Shown here: in pieces, positions 26,203-39,700 of the stretch
Layout of the letters: each line of letters starts with the position of its first letter
Numbering within the stretch: position 1 is the stretch's first letter
NCBI GenBank assembly: GCA_012295275.1
Contig: CM022665.1
Span: 8,308,001 to 8,372,000 of the forward strand
Direction: 5' to 3'
Length of the DNA stretch: 64,000 nucleotides
Source: Chrysomallon squamiferum
Lineage: Eukaryota; Animalia; Mollusca
Position numbers and translations under genes: made by a program
The notes under the pieces: generated by a model
Database searches by the model: none
Told to the model about the DNA's origin: nothing
The model's input: only the letters and a program-made list of their open reading frames with translations

Positions 26203-29200
26203 CTAATCTTCAAGACCCCTGCGACGCCTTCTACGTGCTTCCCGATCTTCAGAGGCAGAACTGGCTTCCTCTTTCTCTCTTTCTTCTCTTCTTCTTCTCC
26301 TTCTTGCCTCTCGGTCATCATCCTCTTGCTGTTCCTCAAGCTTGGCTCTTTCTTCTCTGCGTCTTCGCCGACGAGCTTCAAGATCATCTTCCTCAGTTTT
26401 TGTCTCATCTTCTGCTGTTCTCCTCCTCCTACTTTGACTGGTACTACTTCCTTCAGTTTCATCTGTATCTTTATTTCTTTCACGTTCCCTACGACGCCGT
26501 TCTAATCTACTTTCTGTTTCTTCTGCTTCTGCAGCTTCAGCAGCCTCTGCTTCTCTGCGTTCTCTCCTCCTCCTTTGAGCTGGAGTTTCATGTTCTTCCT
26601 CTTCTTTTGAGGGTTCTGGTTCTTTTTTCTGTTCTTCTTTTGGTTCTTCCTCTTCTTTTGAGGGTTCCGGTTCTTTTTTCTGTTCTTCTTTTGGTTCTTC
26701 CTCTTCTTTTGAGGGTTTTGGTTCTTTTTTCTGTTCTTCTTTTGGTTCTTCCTCTTCCTTCGAGGGTTCTGGTTCTTTTTTCTGTTCTTCTTTTGGTTCT
26801 TCCTCTTCTTTTTTTGGTTCTTCATCCAAGTGGGTATCTTCAGATACAGTCTGATCTTCTGTTTTTTGTTCTTCTTTCCCAGTTTCTGCAAGTTCAGCTT
26901 CTCTCAGTGCTTCTAATCGTTCTCTTCTTCTTTTCTGAGCAGGTGTCTCTTCTTCCTCTTCTGTTGCTGTTTCTTCTTTTTTATCTTCTGCTGTTATTGG
27001 TTTTTCTTTACTGTTTTCCACATTTTCTTTATTAATTTCTGACTCATCCTCCATCTTATCTTTATCTTTATCTTTTTCTGTTTCTTTCTGTTCCTCTGGT
27101 TTCTCTGCCTCCTTTGCAGGACTTTCCTCTTTTACTGGTTCATTATCTTTTTCTTTCTCACTTTTATCATCTTCAACATCACACTTTTCTTCTTCTTTCT
27201 CTTCTGATAGAGATTCTTTCTCAACTTCACTTTTTTCCATTTCTTCTTGTGGTTCATTTTTCTTTTCTTCTTTCTCTTCAAATCCTGAAAACCAATCTTT
27301 TCCTTCATCTGCCTCCAGTGCAGCTTTTCTTTCTTCCTCTCTTTCTCTTCGCTTTCTTTCTGCTTCACTTTCTTCTTTAACTTCTTCATCCTTTGGTTCT
27401 TCTTTTTCTTCTTTTTTCTCTTCAATTTCTGAAAGCCAATCCCCACCTTCATCTGCTTCCAGTGCAGTTTTCCTCTCTTCCTCTCTTTCTCTCCGTTTTC
27501 TTTCAGCAGCACTTTCTTCTTTGGCTTCATCTTTGGTTTCTTCTTCCTTAGGTTTCTCCTCTGATTCTTCTGCTATATCTGCAAGCCAATCTCCTTCAAC
27601 TTCAGCTTCCATGGCAGCTTTCCTTTCTTCTTCTCTTTCTCTGCGTTTCCTTTCAGCTGCACTTTCTTCTTTCACTTCTTCTTTTGTTTCATTTTTATTT
27701 TCTTCTGTATCTTTTTTGTTTTCTTCTCCACCTTCTTCTTTATCTTTTTCCTTTTCTTCTTTATCTTCTACCTTTTCTTTTTCTTCCATACCTTCTTCCT
27801 TTTCTTTATCTTCTTTTTCTGGTTTTACTTCTTCATCTGCTTTTTCATCTCCTCCCTCTTTTTTATCTGTCTCTTCAGATATTTCATTGTTAGTTTCAGC
27901 TTCATCTTTTGTCTGACAAGTTATAAAAAAGGAGCAAAAATGTTTACAAAATCTAACTCCGTATTTATGAACATCCATTTATTTTTCCTTGATTTAAGCT
28001 GAAGCAATGATTACATCAGTTTACTATATAAAACTGAGGATTATATTAATTTATTCTTTCAAATGTAATTTTAGGATATACAAGAAAAAATTTATAAAAA
28101 TTATTATTGTAATCAAATTATTTACCACAGTAAATCTAAAACCATGACTAAAATTTACAATTTAAACTGGGATAAAAATCACTTGGGTTTTTAAAGGAAA
28201 GTTGGAGAAAATAAAAGATTCTATAAAAAGTACTTTGTTGTTATTATAAAGATTTACATTTTAAAAACAAGACTCAACAAGTTAATAAACTGCAATGAAA
28301 ACCATAGAGGCATCTGAATCACACTAATACTGTTCCTTTGTGTCTAATTTTTTGACACATTTCTATTTTTAAATACATCCTTTAATAGACATTTTTGGAT
28401 TACAACTTTTATAGATGGAAAGAAAAGAAATTGTTACTTATATGCCATTTTTGGCACATCATTTACATATTTTATTTATGATTGTTTAGTTCTATTTCTT
28501 TTACCTTCTTTTTTACTATTAATTTATTTCTGTATTAAAGAAAAAAAAATGAAAACAAACAAACAAACAATTAAAATAAAATGTTACATCATCCATTCTG
28601 CAGTAATGTTTAAAATAAATGATACTGCCATTTCAAACACAGCATGGTATTTATTTCATAGATTATGAATACCTAATATTTATCTTATAATGTACTAGAA
28701 AAAGAGTTTAAAAAGGTCTACACTGGCAATATTTAAACTATATACATCCTAGCTTTTACTCTAAACTGAACTCAAATTATCAAACTAAACAAAAATATAC
28801 AGGAATAACTTGATGGGATGGAGATATTTTAATGAAAAACATTTGCACACAGCATGCAAACATATGTACCTGGTCTTGTTTCTCAAATTCTTCTTCCTGT
28901 TGTCACAAGACAGTATCCAAAATAAAAACTGAATCTCAGTAAAGTATTTAAATGTAAGAAATATATATGTATGTGACATTACATCAGAGCATGCATAGTC
29001 GTAATGTATGTTATGTTATTAACAGATATCATCTCTTTCAATATTACAGTGCAACAAGACTAAATATTTGTTCTCATTCCTGTACAAAAACACATTATGC
29101 CCATATATCCTTCAGTGAAACATAATTATTGCAAATTAATTTATAACTGTGAATTACAATGGTTATTACAGGAGTCATTTATTCATCTCTCTCTTTCTCT

Positions 29201-31551
29201 CTCAAAAAATAAAAAATAAAAAATTAATAATACAAAAAAATAAAAAAAATAAAAATATATACATGATTAATGTAATTTTGTAGATTTTATTTTATTAGCA
29301 AATAAGTTAAATATATTTATGTCAGCATTGATGAAATATAAAATATATCGTAAGTTTTGCAGATATGTGTGTTCCATTCTATTATTCAACATTTTCATAA
29401 AGCTAACATTTTTAATCCACTAATATCTTACCTCTTCAATTATTCTCTGAGGTGGTGTCATTTTTAAGAATTCATAAAGCCTATCTGTTTCTATATGATT
29501 GTAGAAAGACTCATAATCCTGCAAACAAAATAATCAGATATTGTTGAGAGACAATAAAATAACTGTTACTCTTTTGTCAAAAACAGTGATTTAAAAAGAC
29601 TCAGTAAGATTCACATATCTCATTCTAGGTTTTATACCAGTCAAATCCTTGTAGATTAATGTAGTTGTTTGAACTAAGAGAAATTTATTTCATTACATTA
29701 CTTAATGGGCACATTTGTGATGAAAATATATATATTTTTAATTTTCATGTTATAGAAATGAAACTTGATAGAAACAATCCAGATTTGTTACCATATAAAA
29801 CTAGTACTAGTTTAGCATTTGGTTATTTTTATTTTTGGCTTTTTTGTAATATTACATACACACACACACACACAGACATGTATGTATCAAGCTGCTGAGG
29901 TTCATCATAGACATGTTTTTCTACAAAATTACTGAAAGAAATTAATCTTTGTTTATATACTTCAAAAGAAACCTTTTAAAAGGTAATGTTTTTCATTCAT
30001 ATTTTGAAAAAAACAGAAATGTTTTATAAAGAATTGTTAATTTTTCCAAGATTTCCATTCTGATGTTTTGTAAGTGTTTATTTCTAAATATATATATTCC
30101 AAATCTGATATCTCTAGCACAAATAATTTTCATGCACCATCTTCCTGAAAATGTTAGGATAGTATGAAAAAATAAAATATGACAAAGAAAACAAAACAAA
30201 CGAAGTTTTATAAATCCTATTTCTATTTATTATGCTATCTGTGTGTAAGTACTTCCTTTTGCCAAATACCTGAAACATTTATCTGAAAAAGTAAACTTTT
30301 TATACAAATTTTCTAAATGGTCATGTCAAAAACTAAAAAACCTATTTTGTTTCTTCAGATTGTGTCATTTCTTTTGCCTAGTGTGTTCCCTTAAATATAT
30401 CTGGCATTAAATGTTTTCATTAAGCAAAGACCAGAGCCACCTGTTGGCTTCACTCTGAAAGACTGACAAATGTGACTGGAAAAGTGGTAACATAACTTAC
30501 AAGGTTACATAAAGATAACCTACTTGTTACCTGTTTTATATTTCTATTATTATTATTTCCACATTGTGATTAACTGAAGTTTTAGAAAATTTATATTTCA
30601 AAATTACACAAGATGTTTTACTAACTGAACAAAATAATAAAATAAGGTAAGTTAAAAAGAAAAGACTTAAAATATTCATAATCGTGAAATAAGGTACCCC
30701 ACAGTATTCATCATCATTAAAAACTTGTGGAGGAAGAGGCTTTTGTCCTTCCTTCTTCGGTTTACTGTTCACTTGCATGAACTTCCTCTCCTCTTCATTT
30801 ATGGGATCTGTTATGTCTATCTTTTCCATCTCAATTCCATTTGCTTCAAGAATGTCAATAATATGACACTGATGTTTTCGTAACTGAAAAAGGTTAAAGA
30901 TTAAAGGTGAATGTGAAAAATTTGCTGTGTTTTGATGATCTAATGCCCTAGTTCAAGATTAGATGTGTGACTTTTTTAAGATTTGAACAGCAGCAGAACA
31001 ACAACAAAAAAAGCTGTAGCATAATATCCACCAAATCACAGATCTGTTTGTGAGGCAAAGATCTAAACTGCAAAGTTATTAATCTATTTACCATAGCATA
31101 CAATTTATTTTAACTGTTATTATTAAAGTTATGATCTTAAAAAGCCATTTAATAGATAGGATTGGCAAACTTGGAAATAATGATCCTTCATCGGTAATGT
31201 TGTTTACCGGTTTATGTTTTAAATTTTAAAACTTAATCAGAAAGACAATAAAATTTTGGGATGCTTGAAAATGTTTTAATTACTTTTTATTTATGTGGCA
31301 TCGTTATACTTTATTTCTAATGAACTGATTAAAAATTATATGTTATTAATTACAATCTGTAATAATAATGAATTATAAATAATGTACTTAAAAATAAGAA
31401 TGTTCCAAGAGTTACAGATGACATTCATTCCCTCATTCAGATTCAGTCATTGCTATTTATGGTCAACGCCGGCCACTACTCGATAAATTTAAAGAAACAT
31501 ACTAACCTCATTATTGCTCGCAACACTTGAATAATACACCTTTATAACCAT
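26203..31551 (-). CDS. SH3BGR: SH3 domain-binding glutamic acid-rich (SH3BGR-family, thioredoxin-fold) protein with a very long E/K/R-rich C-terminal tail, ~675 aa
   Basis: Exons 31551-31507, 30883-30698, 29518-29432, 27912-26203 (45/186/87/1710 nt, all phase 0). Reads MVIKVYYSSVASNNE-LRKHQCHIIDILEANGIEMEKIDITDP...KPLPPQVFNDDEYCG-DYESFYNHIETDRLYEFLKM, with the SH3BGR hallmark PLPPQ(I/V)FN..YCGDY..F. The last exon is the ORF 26203..27978 entered at the cag acceptor (27913-27915). Confidence 0.88.
26592..26811 (-). repeat. Coding minisatellite, 51-nt unit x ~4.3 (KEEEEPKEEQKKEPEPS)
   Basis: Near-identical 51-nt units starting at 26592, 26643, 26694 and 26745 within the SH3BGR tail exon. Confidence 0.9.
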
Positions 31552-32010
31552 TTTTAAAGCACGTTCGCGTGATTTTATAAAATAAAAGATAATTACAACA
31601 GCTGAATATAATACAAAATGTAGTTTTTTCCAGACTTTTAAACACTTTTATCTACATTCCGCAGAGAATACAGATACAGGTTCTCTCCCCTAACAAACGA
31701 AACTTTGTAGATAGTTCGTTCATTTTCGGTACATTTCGTACATTAAAATTACTCCGTAGATTATAAATTGGTGGTTTGACCGAATGTTTCATGTAATATA
31801 AGACGAGTTAAAATAATGAATAAATAATAAAAATTAAACATCCAAATATATATATATATAAATTAAAAAAAAAAAAAAAAAAAAAAACAACCATGACAAC
31901 AACAACAGGCAGCAAACTACATAGTATATAATATTTTTAATAATATAAACTAACTTTACAAAGAAAAATAATCTACTTGGCTATAAGTTCAGTAATGTTC
32001 TAAAAATTAA

Positions 32011-32330
32011 TTAGGGAGGTCTAATATTGGATTTCATCTCTTCGTATGTCATCCAGTTATCCTCCTGTTCATTTGGTGCACCTAGTTTTGCCTGTCTGTC
32101 TGCATTCTCACTTCCAGGATATCGCAGTGGGTTGACATTGCTGAAAGGATGTAGGGTTTCTGAAAGTTGGTGTAGTTTGCTGTTTTCAAGAGATGGCATC
32201 TGTGAGGAAGACACAGTGTTGTTGGCAGCATGAACAAGAGCCTCAACCTCTGCACTGTTGAGAGATGTTTTACCAGTGCCCTACACTTCAATGGCTACCT
32301 GGCTTCACTGGCAAAGTTTAGGCATGGTAT
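32011..32330 (-). mobile_element. Degenerate non-LTR retrotransposon RNase H fragment
   Basis: Across frameshifts: AEVEALVHAA, VFLTDAIS..LENSKL and HCD(I)PGSENADRQAKLGA, matching LINE RNase H motifs (AExxA, xTDS, HxGIxGNExADxLAK). Confidence 0.7.
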
Positions 32331-33741
32331 TGGTAATTATCCCCAATAATTGTATCAACACATCTTGTATCATTTAATAATAGTTATGTATGTAAATTCC
32401 CACATGTAAACAGAAATGCACAAGGAATATATATCAGCAATAATCGGGGAAATCTCTTTCGCACAGTCAGATGAGCAAGCATAACTATACTTGTTATTTG
32501 AAAATTTGTTATTGACCGTTGATACAAAGCAGGAGACTGATCCTGCAACACATCAAATTTTATAATGAAAACAATCAAATCATTCAACTTATTCCCTAAA
32601 CAATTTGTGTTTAGCACAAACTTTATTTCTTTAATATTTTTGGAATGTTTTTAAAAATGTTTATTTTTTCACAAATCAGGTTTTAGCTTGTAAACAGCCA
32701 ACTTGTGACAAAAAATTTGAATTATCATGCATGGCTTACATAAATTTAACAGCAGAACTTTCTCTTTTAAAAAATATTAAGGGAAGGAAATTTTTAAAGT
32801 ACCTGCTGTTGAAGTTGTTTGAAATAGGAGTTATTTTAATAAAGTATATAAATATTCAAGTAATATGTAAACTGATCTTATGGAATAAATTAAATATAAT
32901 TAATACATACTTGATATATTTTTATGTGGAATGTTAATGTAATACATAGGTTTATAATAACAACTTTCATAGTTAACTTGATATACATTTTAAATTAATT
33001 GATGATCTGTATATAGCTTGGAATCTTAAATATTTTAAAATATTTAAGTCATATTTGGTTTACCTTTGGTTTCTTCTGAAATGCAAATACATTTTTTTAT
33101 TGCAATATTACCATGTTTTCATAACAGCTTTCTAACATTTAATACTGACCAGAACAATATTCCAAAAACAGCATCAGCTGGTTGCCAGAAATAAAACAAA
33201 TTCATATAAGTGAGACATAATATTCCATTTATTATTTGAAATAATACAACATTAAGGACAATAAAAGAATAAACATAATGATATCATTAAGATTATTTTG
33301 CATATTTATTTTTCCTTAGTTTTTAAAATACTCAAATATTAATTATAAATGTTTAATATAATTCCATAAACACAAAATAATAAATACAGCAACAACAGTA
33401 ACAAATTTACAAACAACTTTTCAAATAAAAATCTATTGCACTTAAATTTTTAATTAATTATTATTATTATTTTTTAAAGTTTTAATGTTTTGTAATTACA
33501 TAATCCTACAGATTATCTTGACATCTGATCTCTCATATAATTTTATTTCAAACACTTTCAAAATATTATAATTTATATAGCTCCGTGCTGATGTATATTT
33601 CAATGTCAGGTGCTCTATCAGCCGATAATTCACAGAAATGTAAAATAACAGTATTGTTTTTAAAATTCATTTTACTGAATTTCAAATTATTTTCTGTAAA
33701 TGGTATCAGAATATCTTTTTCACCATAATTCCGAATTTTTT

Positions 33742-36700
33742 TTATTTCATCCTGTTTGCAATCTTTGCTGTTTTGTAATCAGACCTCAGCAATAAAAAGT
33801 GCTGAATAACTGATTCATCCATGTCAGCCTGGAATGAAAAAACAAAACAATAGTTAATACCTCCTGCTTTAAGAGACATGTCTACAACTTGTGCATACTT
33901 TGGGAAATGACATACAATGCAGAATAATGGGCACTATTTAAATAAACAAAGAACAGTTACAAACTGCACAAACAAAGATGGATAGTGGTACATTGAACAT
34001 CACATTGGGACAAAAAACCCACCAAAAATCTCTGGGTAAGAGAGAAAACAAAGGTCACACATGTGATTATACATGTTAGAAGACAGAAGTAGGCCATATC
34101 TGTAGAATTCAAGGCAACTGTTAAAACCATTATTTCACTTACCAGTTGTTCGCTATCTCTGATAACTTTAAGATTTTCTGGAACAACAACAAGCAGGTTG
34201 CAAAGAGCATGAAGCTTTTCAAACAATTGGCAAAGAAGTGGAATCTTAAACTGCTCCTTTATGCACTTGCGGTATTCATTAACATCACTGATTAGAAGCA
34301 TAGCACCTAGTATAAAAAAAAATCCTTTAAAATATGTTATTGATTTCATCTATAATTTTAAGAGGAACAAAAATACACATGCACAAAAATAATTATATTC
34401 CAAATTAAATGATGGTCAGCAGCATTTTGTAAGAAAAAAATGAATTATGATAAATTCAGAAATTAAAATGGACTTCAGCTCATGCTTTAACCACTTGGGC
34501 CTGGCTCAGGCAGTTAGTTTAGAGTAGTCACTGTGCCAGGTATTCACTCAACTAAAATGGAAATGTGAAATTATACTGAACCCTGTGTAACTGCATTCTA
34601 CTGAAATGTTTAATACATTTAAAGTGCATGTTATTAAATAATGAAACCTGATAAAACACATTATGACATTACGGAGAATATTCATTAGCAAATTTTTCAC
34701 GAGATTTGAATAAATCTACTTGTACTTGATTTGGTAGTGGGAATCAAATAATTTTCTAACTATAAATTGCCTTTTTCTGAGAACAGGTTAGAATATTTTT
34801 CTAAATTACAATGCTGAAATTCACTTCACAATTCTGCAAAATCTTCATACCCCAACAACACCATCGCATCTTCTCATTTCTGCATTCATCAAAGGGAAAT
34901 CTGCAGCTATCAACATCATGTGCTGGACGGAATGTGACTGCATAGTAACTTGAGTAATATGAAGAGACATTTACCTGTATCATCTGTGACAGTCAGTGCC
35001 AAAATGTGGACAAGGATGCTGCAACACAAATCCAAATCCTTTTGCAAGAATACTTCTTGGATGATTTGGTAAGTTTGTTGGTTCTAGAAACAAATCTCTA
35101 TCAAATCCTGTGGCCATTGAAGATCTTGGAACTGGTGGGCATCAATCCAAAACCAAGATGCAGCAGCATTGGTCAGCTGACTCAGTCAATCAGATAAAGT
35201 AATGACTGTGTTATTATTTCAGTCAGATACAGTATAACTAATTCTATTCATAACCATGAAAAATGCACTTCTGAATGACCTCAGAACATTTTGTCAGGTT
35301 TCATTATGTAATAAAATGCTTACTGAAGGCACTAATCCTTTTATCAGAATACAGTTACACAGGATATAGTATGATTCCAGATTCTCACTGAAAAACTGCA
35401 GAAATGAAGACATAAGGTCAACACTGAAATTCATCAAATTAATCGAAATACTCTAATTGGCAAAATCACGCCAATTACCATCATCACTCAACTGTTGAGT
35501 CACCCAGCTGAGAGGCAAACAGTCATCACTTACATGCTGAATGACTCAGGCTCAAGTGGTTAATTAACTTGTTATTTCCCACTGCAGTCATTTCAGTAGG
35601 ATAAGGCAAGGATAAGATTTGTATTTCAGTAGGTTCTGGCCATTAAGCCCATTAGGCCATCAAGCTGAGGTAATTTTTTAGGCCTAAAATATCACAAGAA
35701 TTACTGCAACCTGTGATATTCAGATTGGAAACTTCATATACAATTTGACAAAACAGTAGATTTAATGTAAAAAATAAGAAAAAATGTACCCATTATGTTG
35801 TACTGGAACTGCATCAGATGTTCAAAAATAACCCTGTGAAATCGCTGGCCTAAGTCAGTCAGAACAACTTCCACATTTTTACCATCCAAGTTCATTATGA
35901 TTAAATTTGCTTGTGTTGTCAGAAACTTCACAATTTTCAAACAAGACTGAAATAGAAAATGTATAACATGACATTAACAACCATTCATTTTTTGGTTTAC
36001 CATTAGTACTGAAAACCAATTTTGATACACAGTGATTTTGTTTGCCTGCATCTCTTTAAATATGATATCAGTAACAAAACAGATGTCTGTAATGGATGAA
36101 AGAATATGAAAACATTAACAAAATAAATGATAATAATATTTATTAAATTATGCAACAGCATATAGTACATTTTATACAACAGAACACAAAATATCACCAG
36201 GATCACTTACAGGAGTTGCAAACAACAGAGGAACATCATCTGATTCTGGCTTAAAATCAGATTTTTTCTGTTCTGTTGATAAAATTTGACGAATCCATCC
36301 AACCATTGTGGTTAGCGATCTGAATTAGAAAATCAAAATATAGTTGAGATAATGTGATGAAAAAGTTCTACTTTTAAATATGAAAAAATTATTCAATTTA
36401 ATATCTATATTCACAGTGTTAGCTGTTGTAAATAATAATTATTCCCCCAAAGTCTGCAAATTCAGCTGTCTGTAATGCAATAAAAATAAACTAATTAATT
36501 TTAAAAAAAAGCAACACCAGATTTATTTTTTCATTGTGTCTACAAGTATGTACAGAGTAAAAAAAAAAAATCTAGATTGTCATAAATGGCTTATCAGCAG
36601 AACTGGAAATATCAAAGACTTTAACATATTATAATAAATACAGTAATTTATATTTATATGACTTAATACCCATAACAGTATTAATATTTTTTCTTTCTTT

Positions 36701-39700
36701 TCTACTCAGTTTTGTTATCATTAATAAGTTTGAATCATTTAGGAAAGGTAGAACCAAAGTATTCATGACTGTTGTAAATAATTAAAAGTTAAATGAATAG
36801 TATATTTTCATTCACTTACCTGTCTAAGCCAATGTCAACTTTACTTTCAAGAATTTGTCTCAATTCACGTTTCTCCTTCAAGCAGGTGGCATGCTTCTGA
36901 GAGGATCTAAAATGAAAACATAAAAATAAAAATCACAAAATTGCATCTCTTTTGTTTTTCTCTGAAGCTTAATTTTCCATGCTTCAGCTTTGTTAATTTT
37001 GCTAATTATGTTAAGTATTCACAGGCAATTTAATGAACCTTTATTTTGAATTGGGTTAAGAATATATTTGGGCAGTGTTTTTCATTTTTAGTCACTATTA
37101 TAAAACTATAAGGATTGTAATTATACTGCTCCCCTATAAAGCAAACAATCTCTTTAGCTTTTGGAACTAAAAATAAATAAACTAATAAAACTGAAATTAC
37201 TAAAAAAAGAATTTTTACATGATGAGTGGAACGAGGCTGTCCATAAACTGTTTCTCAAACAAATGAAATAATGTGTTGGCTTGATTGACAACATCAAAGA
37301 AGTAGATTATGGGTTCTGTTTTGGGTTCTGGAAGAGGAATAGCTGAAACAAAGCAAATAAAATATATTTCTCTTCTTTTTTTCTCTCCCCACTCTGAAAT
37401 GTTAAATAATTTTTCTTAGCCTGAGTTCATATTAACACTTAATATTTATTTCACAGACAAAAGAAAAATAATTAGTGGGAGATTATTGTTGTATAGTCTA
37501 GAATTTCATTATTTTCTTAAATTTTATTATTTAAAAAAAATAAAATTACATAATTCAGACTAATGCACACATATAAAAGATGAAAAACTTTGCTGATAAT
37601 TTTTATTAAATTTATCTTTAAAGAAAAATTATCCTGCAGTTAACTTCAAAAACATTTTACCTTGTAGTCCAATTTCTACTGCATAATCAATGTGATCTGT
37701 GACCAGATAGAAAACAAGCACTTCAAATATCTTTACAGCATTTGTTGCCAGATCAGATTGCCTTGAAAGCTAAAATTGTTACAGTAAAGTCTGAATTATT
37801 AAAAATAAAAAGTGATAAAACATAATAAAATATTGGGATTATAAAACAAATGAAAATTTTAATTTATTTATTACTATAAAAAAATACAATTTTATTTAGG
37901 AAAATGTTTTATCTATGTCTATAAATATAGTATTTGTATAAAAAATTTAAATATTTCTATTAACACCCTATCTCAAACACTTAACAAGAAAAACACTTAC
38001 TACTTGACATCTTCTAAATGCCATTTTTGTTTCCTGCAAAATATTGATTGAAACTTCCTCTGAGAGAAATGTTTCACCACCATAATTTTCCACACCTATA
38101 TTTGATTTTGTAACTGTTCCTAGCTTGGCTTGAAGATCTCTTTTCAGATCGTGAATACTAAACAATAAAAGATAAAAAAAAAATAACAATAAAAAAATTA
38201 AAGACAAAGATTATATAATTAACTGATACAGCAAATCAGAACTGCTGCAAAAATTTGCAGATGTTATTAATTTCAAGAACTTACCCTCCAGACTGAATTT
38301 GTTTCTTCTGATGAGATTTTGATTCATAAAATCTCTGTTGCATTGCACCACACCGTTGACGAAGATATTTAATTTCATTACTGAAATAAATATATATATA
38401 TATATAAAATCATAAATAATATACTTAAACCATTTTTCAAAAAATTAAATTATCTATTTACAGACAAAAGTACCCAACCTCACAAAAAAAACAATATTAA
38501 AAAAAAGAAGGAAAAAAAATAATTTGTGAATGAAGTAATGAATAAAAATTGCACAAACTGTTAGTAAGACATAAAATATGTGTTTAATGCTTACTCAATA
38601 TAGGCTGTGAGATGACTGTGAAACATGCTTTTGGTCAGTTTATTAAGAAAGGAACTGTCATTTCCAAGTTTAAATTTGGAAAGTTCTCTTGTAAGGTCCT
38701 TTGTTCTGGAAAAGCAAAACTCACAAATTAAAATGTATTTTTTAAATTCTATAGTTAAACAAATAATGTTAGAAAAGAAAACCACTTAAATAATATTTAC
38801 CTAGTTTTGTTTTCTTTATACATTACATTTATAAATGTATTATGATCTTTTGTCAGTACAAAAAAATATGAGTGCAATAAGATTATGACAAGTCTTAAGA
38901 TACTATCACAAATATAGTAACAAGCTAGGAAATACATTTTTTTTTTGGTTATGCTGGTCTAAATTTTTATCAGTGATACAAAGTATGTGTCACCATATAA
39001 ATATTATAATGTGTTTAAGACTACATTTATGCTTTATTTGTAACCAAATGAATGTTATTCCAAATTATGTAAGAAGAACAATTTAAAATATGTTATGGAA
39101 ACATTTATTTCCTTAGACAGTTAAAAACATTAACAATTTATTTTATTACTTTTTTATACTTATCAATAAGGACTGTTTTAATAAATTACATATTAAATGC
39201 TGCCAAATACAACAAACAAAAACCTTGTATTTAATTTTTTTAAATTTTTTTTTCAAATGTTTTGCTGCTTCATTTTTGTTTTGTTTTTGGTATGGGGGGT
39301 GATTTCTCTTAGAATTCTGTCATTCTGATTTTTAATTAAAAAAAATATATATTATTATTATAACAGTTTGAAATAATACTTATATTTCAAATTGTTATAA
39401 TAATGATTTAAAAAAAAAAAGAAAGAAAGAAATTAGAATCACTAGCATTATTGAAATGTGTAATTATATTATTTTACAGCTAAAGACATTTTAATCCTTA
39501 GAAAGATGCAATACTTAAACATAAAACAAAGTTTTATTTTAATTACCAATTTAAAAAAAATAAAAATAAAAATTTACAAATTTGTAATTAAATGTAAATA
39601 AAGTATTATCAGATTTTGTTACTTAAACAGATATACATACTGTACATAAAGTTCTCTCAGTTTCTCCAAATACTCTTCCTCATTTTTCTTGCTTTCCAAT

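Noticed and set aside
26161-27916. Plus-strand hydrophobic or Ser-rich ORFs (281, 131, 114 aa) and alternative minus-frame K/R-rich ORFs
   Set aside because: They are shadows of the purine-rich SH3BGR tail exon, whose composition suppresses stop codons in other frames.
30270-30454. Two tiny AG...GT-bounded segments (14 and 13 nt) in SH3BGR intron 2
   Set aside because: Each shifts the frame alone, and together they introduce a stop inside the conserved domain; likely chance.
34480-35680. GC-richer stretch in EXOC5 intron 17 with tRNA A-box-like CAAGTGGTTAA motifs and short ORFs
   Set aside because: Probably decayed SINE/LINE sequence, but I could not identify a B-box, cloverleaf or protein motif.
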